A stretch of 28,466 nucleotides of DNA. Origin: Zygophlyctis sp. KS116. Lineage: Eukaryota; Fungi; Chytridiomycota. This document shows, in pieces, positions 1 to 10,485 of the stretch. Where the stretch lies: the NCBI GenBank assembly GCA_054661495.1, contig BAAFSQ010000123.1, forward strand, positions 1-28,466, in the 5' to 3' direction. Each line of letters opens with the position of its first letter. Within the stretch, counting starts at the first letter, position 1. The position numbers and the translations under genes are program-made. Below the pieces are notes generated by a model that worked only from the letters and a program-made list of their open reading frames with translations, was not told where the DNA came from and did not search any database.

Positions 1-85
1 GGATTAATTTTTTTCGCGTATTCACCACATAAGTCTGATGTAAATCAAGATAGAGACTCAATAGAAAGTACAAACTACGATTTTT

Positions 86-832
86 TTATCCAGAAATATA
101 AAATGTATTGGGAATCAGACGATCATAGCGAAATTGGAAATTTGTCCGAAATCCAATTGCTATAATATTGAGAACTCCTGTAGAAACAGCCCAAAGAAAA
201 CTATTTAAATCGCCTGATTCATTAGCATATATAAATCCAAGAATAAATAAATAGAAAGAAATCAAATGAATAATAAGAAATGATGCGAGGTATTTTATCG
301 TTTCAGGAATGACCTCGAATTGTAGGAGAGAAATGTACTCGTAAATATTGATGACCAACAGCAAATTAGAAAATGCAAATGAAAGATATGTATAGATAGT
401 TTTTTTCCTGAAAATAATTGACACATTCTATGATGAATATCTGAATACGCTTACATTCGATGATTTCTTCTTGGATTCCGGTTTGACTGCAGGAGGCGCA
501 TCGGCTGGCTCGGACCTGGTTATTTTGCTTTCGATGCGCTTTGCCAATACTTTTTCGAGTATCTCTCTCTCTTGATCAGCCAAGGAAATGGCAGATGATC
601 TTCTAACAGAAAAATTGGACACACCCGTGGAGTTTTTCATGACTGCTTTCTCGTCATCCTCTTCTATAGTATTCTTATCTTCAGATGTAATGGTTCTTCT
701 TCTTATACGCATCTGACTCATTCGCCGGCGCACATTTGCGTCAGCTATTTCAAGAATCTCATCATCAAGCTCGTCGGCAAGTTCTTCTAAATGATCAGTG
801 CTATATGCGCTAACTTCAGACTTCAGATTCAT
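86..832 (-). CDS. Hypothetical membrane protein (charged, probably disordered N-terminus; about 3 TM helices at the C-terminus)
   Basis: ORFs 428..832 and 86..424 join in frame through a 27-nt GTAAGC..TAG intron (428-454). The ATG at 832 lies inside the last codons of the upstream ABC gene. No family recognised; both ends are uncertain. Confidence 0.6.
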
Positions 833-3039
833 TTATAGTATATAACTTGTAATAAAAGCCTTTCTTTGCGAGGAGCTCCTCGTGTGTGCCTAGAATTAAA
901 CGCGAAAACTAATACCCATTTCCACAATATTCCCCGTTGATCTTTTCTGCTTATCCTTGGAGTCCAGAACCACTATCAAATCCGCCGACTTAATAGTACT
1001 AAGTCGATGGGCAATAATTAATGTGGTTCTATTTTTCATGAGTCGATGTAGGGCCTCTTGAACAATTCTTTCAGATTCATCTTTGACGTTATTCTACTCA
1101 TAAACTTACTATCAAGTGCACTCGTAGCTTCATCTAAAATAATAATCTTTGGATTTTTGAGAATAGCCCCTAATCTTAACTTAAAGTACTTACTGGCAAT
1201 CGCTACTCTCTGTTTCTGTCCTCCTGAAAGGGTGACCCCTCTTTCTCCGATAGTAGTTTCATATTTTTCTGGAAAATCGTCTATAAATGAGGCTGCGTTT
1301 GCTAATTGAGCTGCTTCTAAAACTTCCTCGGAAGACGCTCCAGGTCTACCGTATATAATGTTATCATAAATTGTTCCTGCAAACAAGACAGGCTCTTGAT
1401 CAATATAACCAATATTCTGCCGCAGCCAACTAAACAAATTAAATATAATACATACTTTGAATCTAATCTTCGCAAATCTTCACCATCAACTAAAACTAAA
1501 CCAGAATCAGGATCGTAAAAGCGTTCAATCAGTTGACCTATTGTACTTTTACCGCTACCAGATGGGCCACACAATGCGATTATACTCCCATTAGGAATAG
1601 TTACTTTTTATAAATGTATTAAATGGTATCTTACAAGAAATATTATGAAGTACTGGATCATTTGGACGAGTTGGGTATTTGAAACATACATTCTTCAATT
1701 CAATAGATCCTTTCAGATCACTCAAATAAAGTCCTCCCTGACTGGTGATTTTGGGCTGTAGTTCCATAAATTCAAAAATACGTGAACCAGATCCCAAAGC
1801 TTTCACAACTTGACCAAACATAACTCCTATAGTTGCTTCCAATTAACATAATTTAGATATTACCAAAAGATTTTTGAACATTTTGAGTAGCCACCCTTTA
1901 CATCAGACAAATTTCAAATAATTACATATATGCCATGAGCTGTCCAGAAGACATTTTTTCTTGAATAACTTGCTGCCCACCAAAATAAAGCATAAGAAGC
2001 ATCAAAAGCCCAACTGATGAATTTGTAAAACCTTGAAAGGCCCCGATATGAAATCCTAAAAACATGTTTAATTCAGCATTTCTCTGAGATGCATCCAAAT
2101 ATTTTTGAAGTTGAAAGTCCTCTGCGGAAAATGACTTGACTGTTAAAATATTTGCAACCGACTCATTTGCTATACCATTTGCAACCGACTCTGCATCCTT
2201 TGCCATTTTTGAAATACTTCGAAGATATTGACCGTATGAATTCATTCCAAGATAAAGTACTGGCATAGATGATAGCAAAATACCTGTAAGATACGGTGAT
2301 AGGTACATCAATGTAGCACAAGTTCCAATTATTTGCGTACTACTCTTAAGTCCTTGTGTAATAACAAGTTTGAAAGTATGCTTAAATTCAGAAATATCCA
2401 TTGTTAGTCGAGACACCACTTCCCCATTCATTCTTTGATCAAAAAATGCCATATCCTGATGTAAAATTGAGAAAAACAAATCTTTTTTCAATTTAAGAGC
2501 CAATCTTTCCCCTAATTGACCTACAAGATATATATCAATCCAAGTCAAAAGTCCTTGGAACGAAAACAAGCCCAATAATCGCAATCCAACTGATCTTATC
2601 GCGATCAAATCCAAACTAGACTGTGAAGCCATTTGTTGAATAAGGGAAGCAAATCGGCCCATCACTGTAGGAATAAATACATTTATGACGGCCGTCCCAA
2701 AAGACACAATAATTATCTAGTTTTTTAAAAAACTTGCAATACCGTTCCAAAAAGAAACCAATCTGATCTTATATACTTCCATAACCTTTTTAAAACCTGA
2801 CTATGAGAAACCTGTGTTTCTGTCTGTTTATCTTGCGGCTTTAGAATCTCTTTTTGTCCAACATGGACTTTTGCGACTTTAAAATCTATTGGATCAAGCT
2901 GAATTGATGGGTTTTCACATAATATACTAGAGTATGTTAAATATATTGATCCGCCCATTCCTAAACAAAGCGGCATCCATCTTGATCTAACCCAAGAATG
3001 CTGTTTTGGCCATTTATTGAACAAGACTCTAAATCTCAT
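816..3039 (-). CDS. ABCB8: Mitochondrial half-size ABC transporter, ABCB8-like (ABCB8/ABCB10/MDL family)
   Basis: Eight introns (2717-2742, 1896-1925, 1836-1863, 1604-1634, 1430-1455, 1170-1193, 1081-1109, 890-915) restore the TMD motif [24 protein letters not shown] (ABCB8-type), Walker [10 protein letters not shown], signature [14 protein letters not shown], Walker B/D-loop [11 protein letters not shown]-loop IAHRLSTI and GTHEELL. Arg-rich N-terminal presequence-like segment. Stop TGA at 816-818. Confidence 0.9.
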
Positions 3040-3069
3040 TACAAAAACTTATCGTAACCTAATGATTTA

Positions 3070-3545
3070 TTATAAATGATAAGATTCCGGTGAATATTCA
3101 CAATGTACAAACATATTTTCATATCTTACATCTGATCCATTTTGAAGATCTATACTAATTAAAAGAATAAATTACCATTAATTGTAATCTTTTGATATTT
3201 ATTCTCTGCCTTTGGAGTACAATAAGAAGATACAGGTGATGCTCTCCCTTTACGTTTTTTTCTTGGAGCATCAACACAACTCTCACTATTCCCACTGCGA
3301 ACACACCGACCACAAGGCCGTGAATCATCGCATTTTTTACAAGCCTTTTTACAATGAATGCAAGCTATTTTGACTAGAGATCTTTTAGGACGATATTTTA
3401 TCTCTTTTGATTCATATTCACCAATAGTCTGACAAGCGACTGATCGCTTCATAGAATTATCATCGAGGGATGTAATTTGAAAAACATAGTCATGATTAGA
3501 ATACATTCCTTCTAGATTCATAATCTCTGCTGCAAAGTCTTGCAT
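3070..3545 (-). CDS. Small Zn(II)2Cys6 binuclear-cluster transcription factor (ERT1/AcuK/RDS2-like cluster)
   Basis: ACIHCKKACKKCDDSRPCGRCVRSGNSESC followed by RKKRK. A 26-nt intron at 3150-3175 extends the ORF to TAA at 3070-3072, which overlaps an AATAAA. The last exon is less certain because an alternative acceptor exists. Confidence 0.85.
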
Positions 3546-3826
3546 TTAATTTGAAAGAGGAGCTTGTAATTAATTCATGATATTAAATCTGCGCAGCTTA
3601 TGAAAACACGCAATTTTTTTTGAAATTTTTGTAAAATATGCGCCTATTGTGACTTTAAATTGGGCAATTTTCAATTCTATCCAAAAGTTGAATTTCTAAA
3701 AAGAAAAAAGATGCTGTTTTGGAAAAATTATAACTTTATGGGATCCACTTACTTTAACGCTGGAAAAAGTTCTTTATGAACATCTTTATCTTCGATTCGT
3801 AATGAATCCGGACCTGCCCCATAAAT

Positions 3827-3980
3827 TAGGCTGATACTAGGTCTAAAATAGGTCGATCCTAGGTCTAAAATAGGATGATACTAGGTCTAAAATAGGTCGA
3901 TCCTAGGTCTAAAATAGGTCGATAATAGGATGATACTAGGTCTAAAATAGGTCGATCCTAGGTCTAAAATAGGTCGATAA
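3827..3980. repeat. Minisatellite: 14 units of 11 bp (TAGG+7 nt) with 22/44/55-bp higher-order structure
   Basis: TAGG recurs exactly every 11 bp from 3827 to 3970. Unit types are TAGGTCTAAAA, TAGGTCGATCC, TAGGATGATAC and TAGGTCGATAA. 3871-3925 is identical to 3926-3980. Confidence 0.97.
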
Positions 3981-4167
3981 AGTTGAAATGTGACTTTTTA
4001 ATTCTATTTTTGGATGTTCTATTATTAGCTACAGATAAGGATCTATTTTTAGAAAGTTATTTTTAACAAAATAAAAAAAAAGTAGTAACTTCAACTGATA
4101 ATAGGATGAACCCTGAACGATTCTAACCCAAAACTGAGCTAGGACAAGGCCGAGAGTTCAAAAAAAA

Positions 4168-7100
4168 ATGCAAACAGCCCAAGGCCGAGCCAGGGAAACA
4201 GCCCCAAACTTGGTAAAATGTAGGGACCCCACATGTAAATGTGTCTTTAAGACTGCAAGAGGTGAGCGTAATCACAGTTCGAAGTACCACGCTCACCTTA
4301 TTAAACATGTCGGTAGACCAAATATTGCGGTAAATAGAATTTATTTAATATTTTTAGAGTCTCAATCTCAATTTGGAAGGTCCCTTAGGAGAAAATTCAT
4401 CTGAAAGTCTTCTTGATCTTGGTGATCTGGATATTTCTGGCCTTGAAATCTCTGAGGGCCCTCTGATTTCTGTAATGATTTTAAAATGCTTAAACTAGGC
4501 AAATTTAGAACGGATAAATGAATTAGAAGCATCAGAAGAGGGTCTAAAGTTTGCTAATGACGATTTACAAAATGCATTAAATGTGGAACAAAAGTAATTA
4601 TGATCTAAACTTAAATTAGAAAAGCTGATGATTACGAGAAATTATGTGATTCGCAGGCAATGCAATTATTGATGCAATCAGAGATAATAAGGGTCTCAAA
4701 AAGTAAATTGGATCAACAAAATGATAATTTTGAGCAAAAGATGGATGCTGTGAAGATGGATGCTGAAAGAAGGATTTTTGAAACTCAAAAGGCTATGCGT
4801 ATAGAGGTACTGGATAAAAGTATTTAAAAAATTAGCTAGATGAAGCAAGAAAGGATTTTGGTATACAGATGGAGGAATTGATATCACAAAGAGATCATAT
4901 GGAAAATCAACTAATGATGGAAATGAATCACGCTAAAAGAAGAGTAAAACATTCTATTTATAAATCAAAAGATGGCTTCTGAATTGGAATCTTTGAAAGA
5001 ACTTCAAAATACACAGCAGTCCAAGGAAATCGATTGGCAGATGAGATTAAATTATATGGAATCTGAGCTTAATACTATAATTGATGATGATAAAGAAACA
5101 ATATCAAATCTAGAACTCAACGTTTGCAATTTATATCAAAATATTAAAGAGTAAGGATTTTTTAACTAAATGGTTAGTCTAAACAGTAATATAGACATGA
5201 TTAATCATGATCTGAATGAAGCAAGATCTGTCGTACAGTCTAAAGATGATGAAATCGATCGGTTGCAGACTTTATCAATGGATTTAACGAATAAGTTGGA
5301 AATAACCAAACAAAAGCTTAGTAGTCTAAACAAGAAACTAGAGGAAGATGATATGACTATTAATCTTGCAAACCAGAATATCTCTACTCTTCGAAATGAC
5401 GTATCTGCGCTGAAAAGGTAAATAATACATTATTCTTATTCTAGTGAAAATGCTAAACTTGAAGAGTCAACCAACAATTTAAAAAGGGCAAAGAGCGATC
5501 TAGAAAACAAGATATTTCTTCAAAGTACTTTATTTTGTACAGTAATATTATAGAGGAAGATTTCCTGAGTCTTCACTCAACTTATGAGGCTTCAAAACTG
5601 CAATGTAAAATGGTAAAGTTTACAGAGATAATTATAGGATATGGAAAAGGCACTTTCCTTATTAAAAAATGAACTTGTCTCAGATTATGAAGGAGTTATT
5701 GATGGAATTAGAAAACAAGCCAAAATTGAGCTCATTAATGCAATTTCAGAAAAATGGGATCAAATAAAGGAGATTCAAAACTCGATGAAAACACAGGAAT
5801 TAAATTTTAACAAAAGTCTAGCGTCTCAAAATGAAGTGTCCATTGCTGAAAAAACTGATTTACAGGTACTTTTGACACATAGTGTTCATAAATTAGTCTA
5901 AATTAAACTCAAGTATCGAAACTGCGAAATCTCTTCAAAGAGACTTTAATGCAGCAAACGTAGAAATCAATCAAAAGCTACTTGAAATTTCTAAACTAAA
6001 ATCCGTGATTGATGTACTTTTCTGTCTGGAATTAATAATTAGAGTTTAAATGATCAAATATTTGTTTTGGAAGTCGATAAATCTCACTGGTTCCTTCAAA
6101 TAGAAGCCACAGATAAACGGGCTAGAGCAGAAGAAGTAGGAAAGTCTGCAATTGAAAAGGAAAAACTGGAAGCGGCACTGTAAGTTACTTTAGGATTCTA
6201 AAAGTAAGGAGAGCAGATCATGCGGAGCATATGGATATATTAAGGACAAGTCTTCAGCAGCAATCTGATCAAATGCTGCAGGAACAGGAATCCCGCATGC
6301 AAAGGTCACATAACTCATCAATTCAAGCACTCAATAAGAAATATCATGAGGAATTGAAGATTGAAAGAGACAAAGTGTTTACTTACGAAAAGCTTTTGAA
6401 TGATATTAAAAGAAAACTTAAAGATCAAGACGAATATAGATCTGGAAATATTGCAGAGCCTACAAAAGTTCAACTGAAATCTGTAAGAGTAAATCTGTAA
6501 TTATAGGGGAAAAGAAACCTTTTATCGGATTCAGATGTAGAATATGCAGTTAATCCCTTACCGGATTATCTGGTATGTACAACATTCAGCATTGTCGAAA
6601 ATGGTCTCGGGTCTCAGTTATACCGTAAGATCACCAAATGGGACAACATACCTCTGTCTCTTTCAAATGGATCGGACCCGGACAATACGGATAGAGGAAA
6701 GGGGAAGAAAGGTGTTAACAAATTGGAGACGAACTTTTTAAACAATATACGAACAAAAATGGTCTCTATTTTAAAATCAATTGGGTTCCGCCGGATATTT
6801 ACCTTCGGTGGAAATAATTCAAAATTTTTTATACCTTGGATCAGGCCACAGCTTTCAGATTCTACTTTTTATTATACAGACTGTTGCCATATGTGCCAGT
6901 TCTACAATCCTTTGTACAAACCTAATCAAGACGCTCATGAGAAGTTGGACAAATGGCTATCTATAATTTCTTCTGCAAAGATTTCATTTGGACAAGAAAT
7001 GTTTAGACAAAAGGGGCCTGGATATGAGAAACAACTTTTAATCCGACGCCAAGCACTTTTTCACGCGAGCCAGATGGGTGGAAGAGTATCTGTGGAACGT

Positions 7101-7256
7101 CTTGCCATGAAAAGAAACGCTGGAAAAGAAGTTGCACTCCACAAATGCAGTGGCTGTGGGAAATTGGAAGAGAAACAATTAGAGAAACCTGGAAGGCATC
7201 GACCAAGAATTGAAAATGGAAAGAATCCTACATGTGGATACTGGATATTAAAATAA
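4168..7256 (+). CDS. Hypothetical protein: N-terminal C2H2-like zinc finger, long coiled coil, Cys/His-containing C-terminal domain
   Basis: Thirteen introns (4330-4357, 4472-4498, 4594-4619, 4807-4835, 4944-4971, 5151-5177, 5418-5444, 5525-5553, 5613-5637, 5866-5896, 6014-6042, 6180-6208, 6483-6506) join the + strand fragments in one frame. Motif C-x4-C-x3-F-x8-H-x4-H, then an E/K/L/Q-rich heptad region, then CCHMC and CSGC near the C-terminus. Confidence 0.75.
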
Positions 7257-7393
7257 ACAGTGGATCTTTTATGTGTTTTAATAAAATATTTCTAATTTCT
7301 ATGTCTTGGGTTGAATCTTTTTGAAATTAAAGAATTTTATGATGCTTCACTACAGCTAAAACTCTTCCTACATTTTTATCAAAAAACTGGTCC

Positions 7394-7401
7394 AAAAAAA
7401 A
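7394..7401 (-). terminator. RNA polymerase III oligo-T terminator of tRNA-Phe
   Basis: Run of 8 T on the minus strand, one base after the tRNA discriminator. Confidence 0.85.
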
Positions 7402-7402
7402 T

Positions 7403-7475
7403 TGCCGAAACTCGGATTCGAACCAAGGACCTGAGCATCTTCAGTGCTACGCTCTCCCAACTGAGCTATTTCGGC
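7403..7475 (-). tRNA. trnF-GAA: tRNA-Phe (GAA), intronless
   Basis: Reverse complement GCCGAAATAGCTCAGTTGGGAGAGCGTAGCACTGAAGATGCTCAGGTCCTTGGTTCGAATCCGAGTTTCGGCA folds as a 73-nt cloverleaf with anticodon loop CTGAAGA, A and B boxes, and no encoded CCA. Confidence 0.97.
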
Positions 7476-7589
7476 TGAAATCGACAAAATACACGTGACC
7501 AGTGGCGTGCGCCGTGTCTAATTTGAGCTCATCCACCCATTGTTTAATTCTTCTAAAAAACCTACACAATCTGTAAACCCTTAAATTCA

Positions 7590-8195
7590 ATGAAATTATT
7601 TGAAGCTTTTCATTCATTTGAAGCTCCCTGGTCTGCAGTCACTCTAGCAAACTGGAATAAATATCCCAATCCATTATCTTCTCATGTTATATCATGTGAT
7701 ACTATCAGCAGAACAGTCCAGAATGATACATTAATCACTGAAAGAGTATTAAGTTGTAAACAACCAGTTCCCAGCATTCTCTCATATCTCGGATTTAATG
7801 TCTCAGAACTAGCACATTTTCATGAAATATCAACATTAGATCTTAAAACTAGAGAATTTAAGGCTTCTACTGTGAATCTAGATCTAAGACAAGTTATGAC
7901 TGTGAATGAGACTATAACACTCTCTGAACATTTAGGAAAAACTCTATTCAAACAAGAAGCTCAAGTACAAGCACAAGGAGTTTTTGATACTGTAGGAAAA
8001 GTAATTGAAGATATGGCAGTCTCTAGGTTCCAAATAAATGCTACTAGAGGAAAACAGGCTCTAGAACAAGTCACTTCTAAATTCTGGGAAGAAGCAAGTT
8101 TTCTAGAATCTAGGCTTGAACAGAAAATAGAAGAATTATCACAATCATGGGAGCATAGTGACTCTAAATTAGAGCCTAGAGAATACATTTTTTGA
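7590..8195 (+). CDS. UPS2: PRELI/MSF1-domain mitochondrial lipid-transfer protein (Ups2/PRELID3-like)
   Basis: MKLFEAFHSFEAPWSAVTLANWNKYPNPLSSHVISCD..R...LITERVL matches the PRELI/SLMO signature. Intronless, 201 aa. Confidence 0.88.
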   Translation: MKLFEAFHSFEAPWSAVTLANWNKYPNPLSSHVISCDTISRTVQNDTLITERVLSCKQPVPSILSYLGFNVSELAHFHEISTLDLKTREFKASTVNLDLRQVMTVNETITLSEHLGKTLFKQEAQVQAQGVFDTVGKVIEDMAVSRFQINATRGKQALEQVTSKFWEEASFLESRLEQKIEELSQSWEHSDSKLEPREYIF

Positions 8196-8240
8196 TGAAT
8201 AATGTAAAAGACTGCATGTTTTTTTTTAGATTTTTGATAA

Positions 8241-9257
8241 TTACAACTTAATCTCTCTACTAAATCCACAAAAGTCCAAATATTTCTTTTTCTACCTTTA
8301 AGAAACTTAAATTACCAATTCTTCAATTTGAATTTCTAATTCCAAAGTCTTTAATTTCTGCCAACCTGAATGTTTCCAACATTTCCCTACTTTTTGACAA
8401 ATCTTTTCCTTGTAATCTTGATTATCAAGCCTTGTAATATCTTGTAATTCAAGATTTTCTAAATTTTTATCAATCTTTACAATGTCAATCCTTTCTTCTA
8501 AAATATTTAAATCTCCTTGAATTATAGAATAATCAAACCCACAAACCATTTCATTTGTTGGCTTATCTAGATTAATATAATGTACATTATCAACAATCTG
8601 ATCAATCATCAACAATTTTTCTTCTGATTTCCTTAAATCTTGTTTGAGTGCATTCCTAGAGTCTAAAAGAAACTCCAATTCATTTTCTAATTCATCATAA
8701 TTAAAAGGATCTTGTAAATTTTGAAATTTAATATTTGAAATTGTTTCAAAAGATTTAAAACATTTAGTTCTTGAATCAGACTCTAGTATTTTTTCTACAA
8801 TTCCCCTGTAAACTATTTTACCACAGTCTTGTGAACAATATTTACCAGATTTTGACGAGAAATTAAGTCTAGCATACTCTTGACAACCATTACATTTTTC
8901 CAAGAGTATAATACTCTTACCAAAAGTAATACAAGTAGAACATGCCCTATTTCTTGAGAGATTTAGATTATACCATGTATGTATTCCTTTTGCAGTATTT
9001 TCGTCCATATCATGACAAATCCCATGAAACCATTCTGAGCAATAGTCACAACAAATATGAAATTCATCTGCAGTCTGCTGTAAACAAGAGCAATTAATAT
9101 CAGACTCCTTGACTGGAGAGTACGATTTAGATGATGATACAAGTTTCCGTTTCTTGAGCGGCCAATGAGTCTCTTTTGTATTGTCTGTTATGACACTACT
9201 GACACTACTCATGTTATTACTCATGGGAGAATGTGTCTCTACAGGAAAAGATTCCAT
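8241..9257 (-). CDS. SPP1: COMPASS PHD-finger subunit, Spp1/Cfp1(CXXC1)-like
   Basis: PHD CSC..ICCDYCSEWFHGIC..WACSTC is restored by removing the in-frame 27-nt intron 8947-8973. Also KYCSQDCG and C-terminal ICQKVGKCWKHSGWQKL, typical of Spp1/Cfp1. A second intron at 8292-8315 has an ambiguous acceptor. Start placed at ATG 9257; other Mets are possible. Confidence 0.8.
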
Positions 9258-9267
9258 TTTAATTTTT

Positions 9268-10471
9268 ATGCTAAAGTGGACAATTCCAGTCATTCTCATA
9301 CTATGGTATCCCAGGATATACAGGAAAATCATTAATTGGATTATAAATTCACCAGTCTTGTACTATTGGCAAAAAACATTATCTACAACTCATTCTAGTT
9401 TAGGAAAACTTAATATTTACCATTCTAAATCTTTGGGAATTAGTATTACTCCTGTACCTTGTGGTGCAGATAATTATGCTTACTTGGTAATTGATTTAAA
9501 GAATAGTATTCTAGATTTTTTAAAATTGTAGAAGTTGCAGTTGCAATAGATCCTGTAGATCCAAAAAGACTACTAAATGCATTATATGAAATTGATTCTC
9601 AAATTGAATTAACTCATGTTTTAATAACTCATAAACATTGGGATCATGCTGGTGGAAATAGAGATTTAGTAAAGAAATTTCCAGGATTGGTTATAGTTGG
9701 AAGTAGTCTAGATTTTCCTGAAAATGGTCTCTTTAAGAACTTTTATTGTGTTAATAAGAGGGTAGTGGATAAAGAGAATGTAATTGTAAATGGAATTTTT
9801 AGAAAAATTAAATTTATAGGTTGGAAGATTGGTATTCAAGGTTCTTTATACTCCTTGTCATACTATGGGAAGTGTAATGTATCTCTTGGAAATTGATAAA
9901 ATTCAGTCTGAATTTAAGGAATTTGAAATTTTAAAAGATTTTACAAGAGATGGGTTAGATGTAGACTCTAGTAGTTTATTTACTGGAGATACGATATTTA
10001 CAGGAGGAATTGGTATTTTTAAGGATTTTTACGATAGGAAAGTTTTTTGAAGGAGATGCAAGTGATATGCATTTTGTGATTCAAAGATTGCTTTTAGATT
10101 TGGATTATAATACGCTGATTTGGCCAGGGCATGAGTATACTCTAGAAAATTTAGAATTTGCAATTGGATTAGAATCTAATAATTCTGCTTTAAAGGTACG
10201 ATATCAACAAGCTATAGAGACAAGAGTACAAGGATTATGTACAGTTCCTTCAACTTGGAAATATGAACTCATGACAAATCCTTTTTTAAGGATAGACTAT
10301 AGGACAAGAGATGAGGAATTATGGATTAATATTAAGAAGAATTTAAAAGATTTTAAATATCTAGTTAAATCTGTTGGATCAAGTTTTGAAAAAACTAAAG
10401 AAATTCAAGAAATAGTAATGTTGGATTGTTTAAGATCTCTTAAAGATAAATGGAAGAGTAAAAAAGAATAA
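9268..10471 (+). CDS. Hydroxyacylglutathione hydrolase (glyoxalase II)-family metallo-beta-lactamase-fold protein, PNKD/HAGHL-like, with hydrophobic N-terminal extension
   Basis: Introns 9506-9531, 9786-9819 and 10013-10037 restore DNYAYLVID, THKHWDHAGGN, TPCHT, LFTGDTIFTGGIGKFFEG, WPGHEYT and ELMTNPFLR. Confidence 0.9.
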
Positions 10472-10485
10472 TTTTAATGCTATTA

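Noticed and set aside
2717-2736. Near-perfect palindrome CTAGTTTTTTAAAAAACTTG filling an intron (introner- or MITE-like?)
   Set aside because: It is mostly A/T homopolymer. The other introns share no sequence similarity, terminal repeats or target-site duplications.
3827-3980. CRISPR-like or telomeric array
   Set aside because: The 'spacers' are 6-7 nt and themselves repeated, there are no cas genes, and the context is eukaryotic. Units are not TTAGGG-type and the array is internal.
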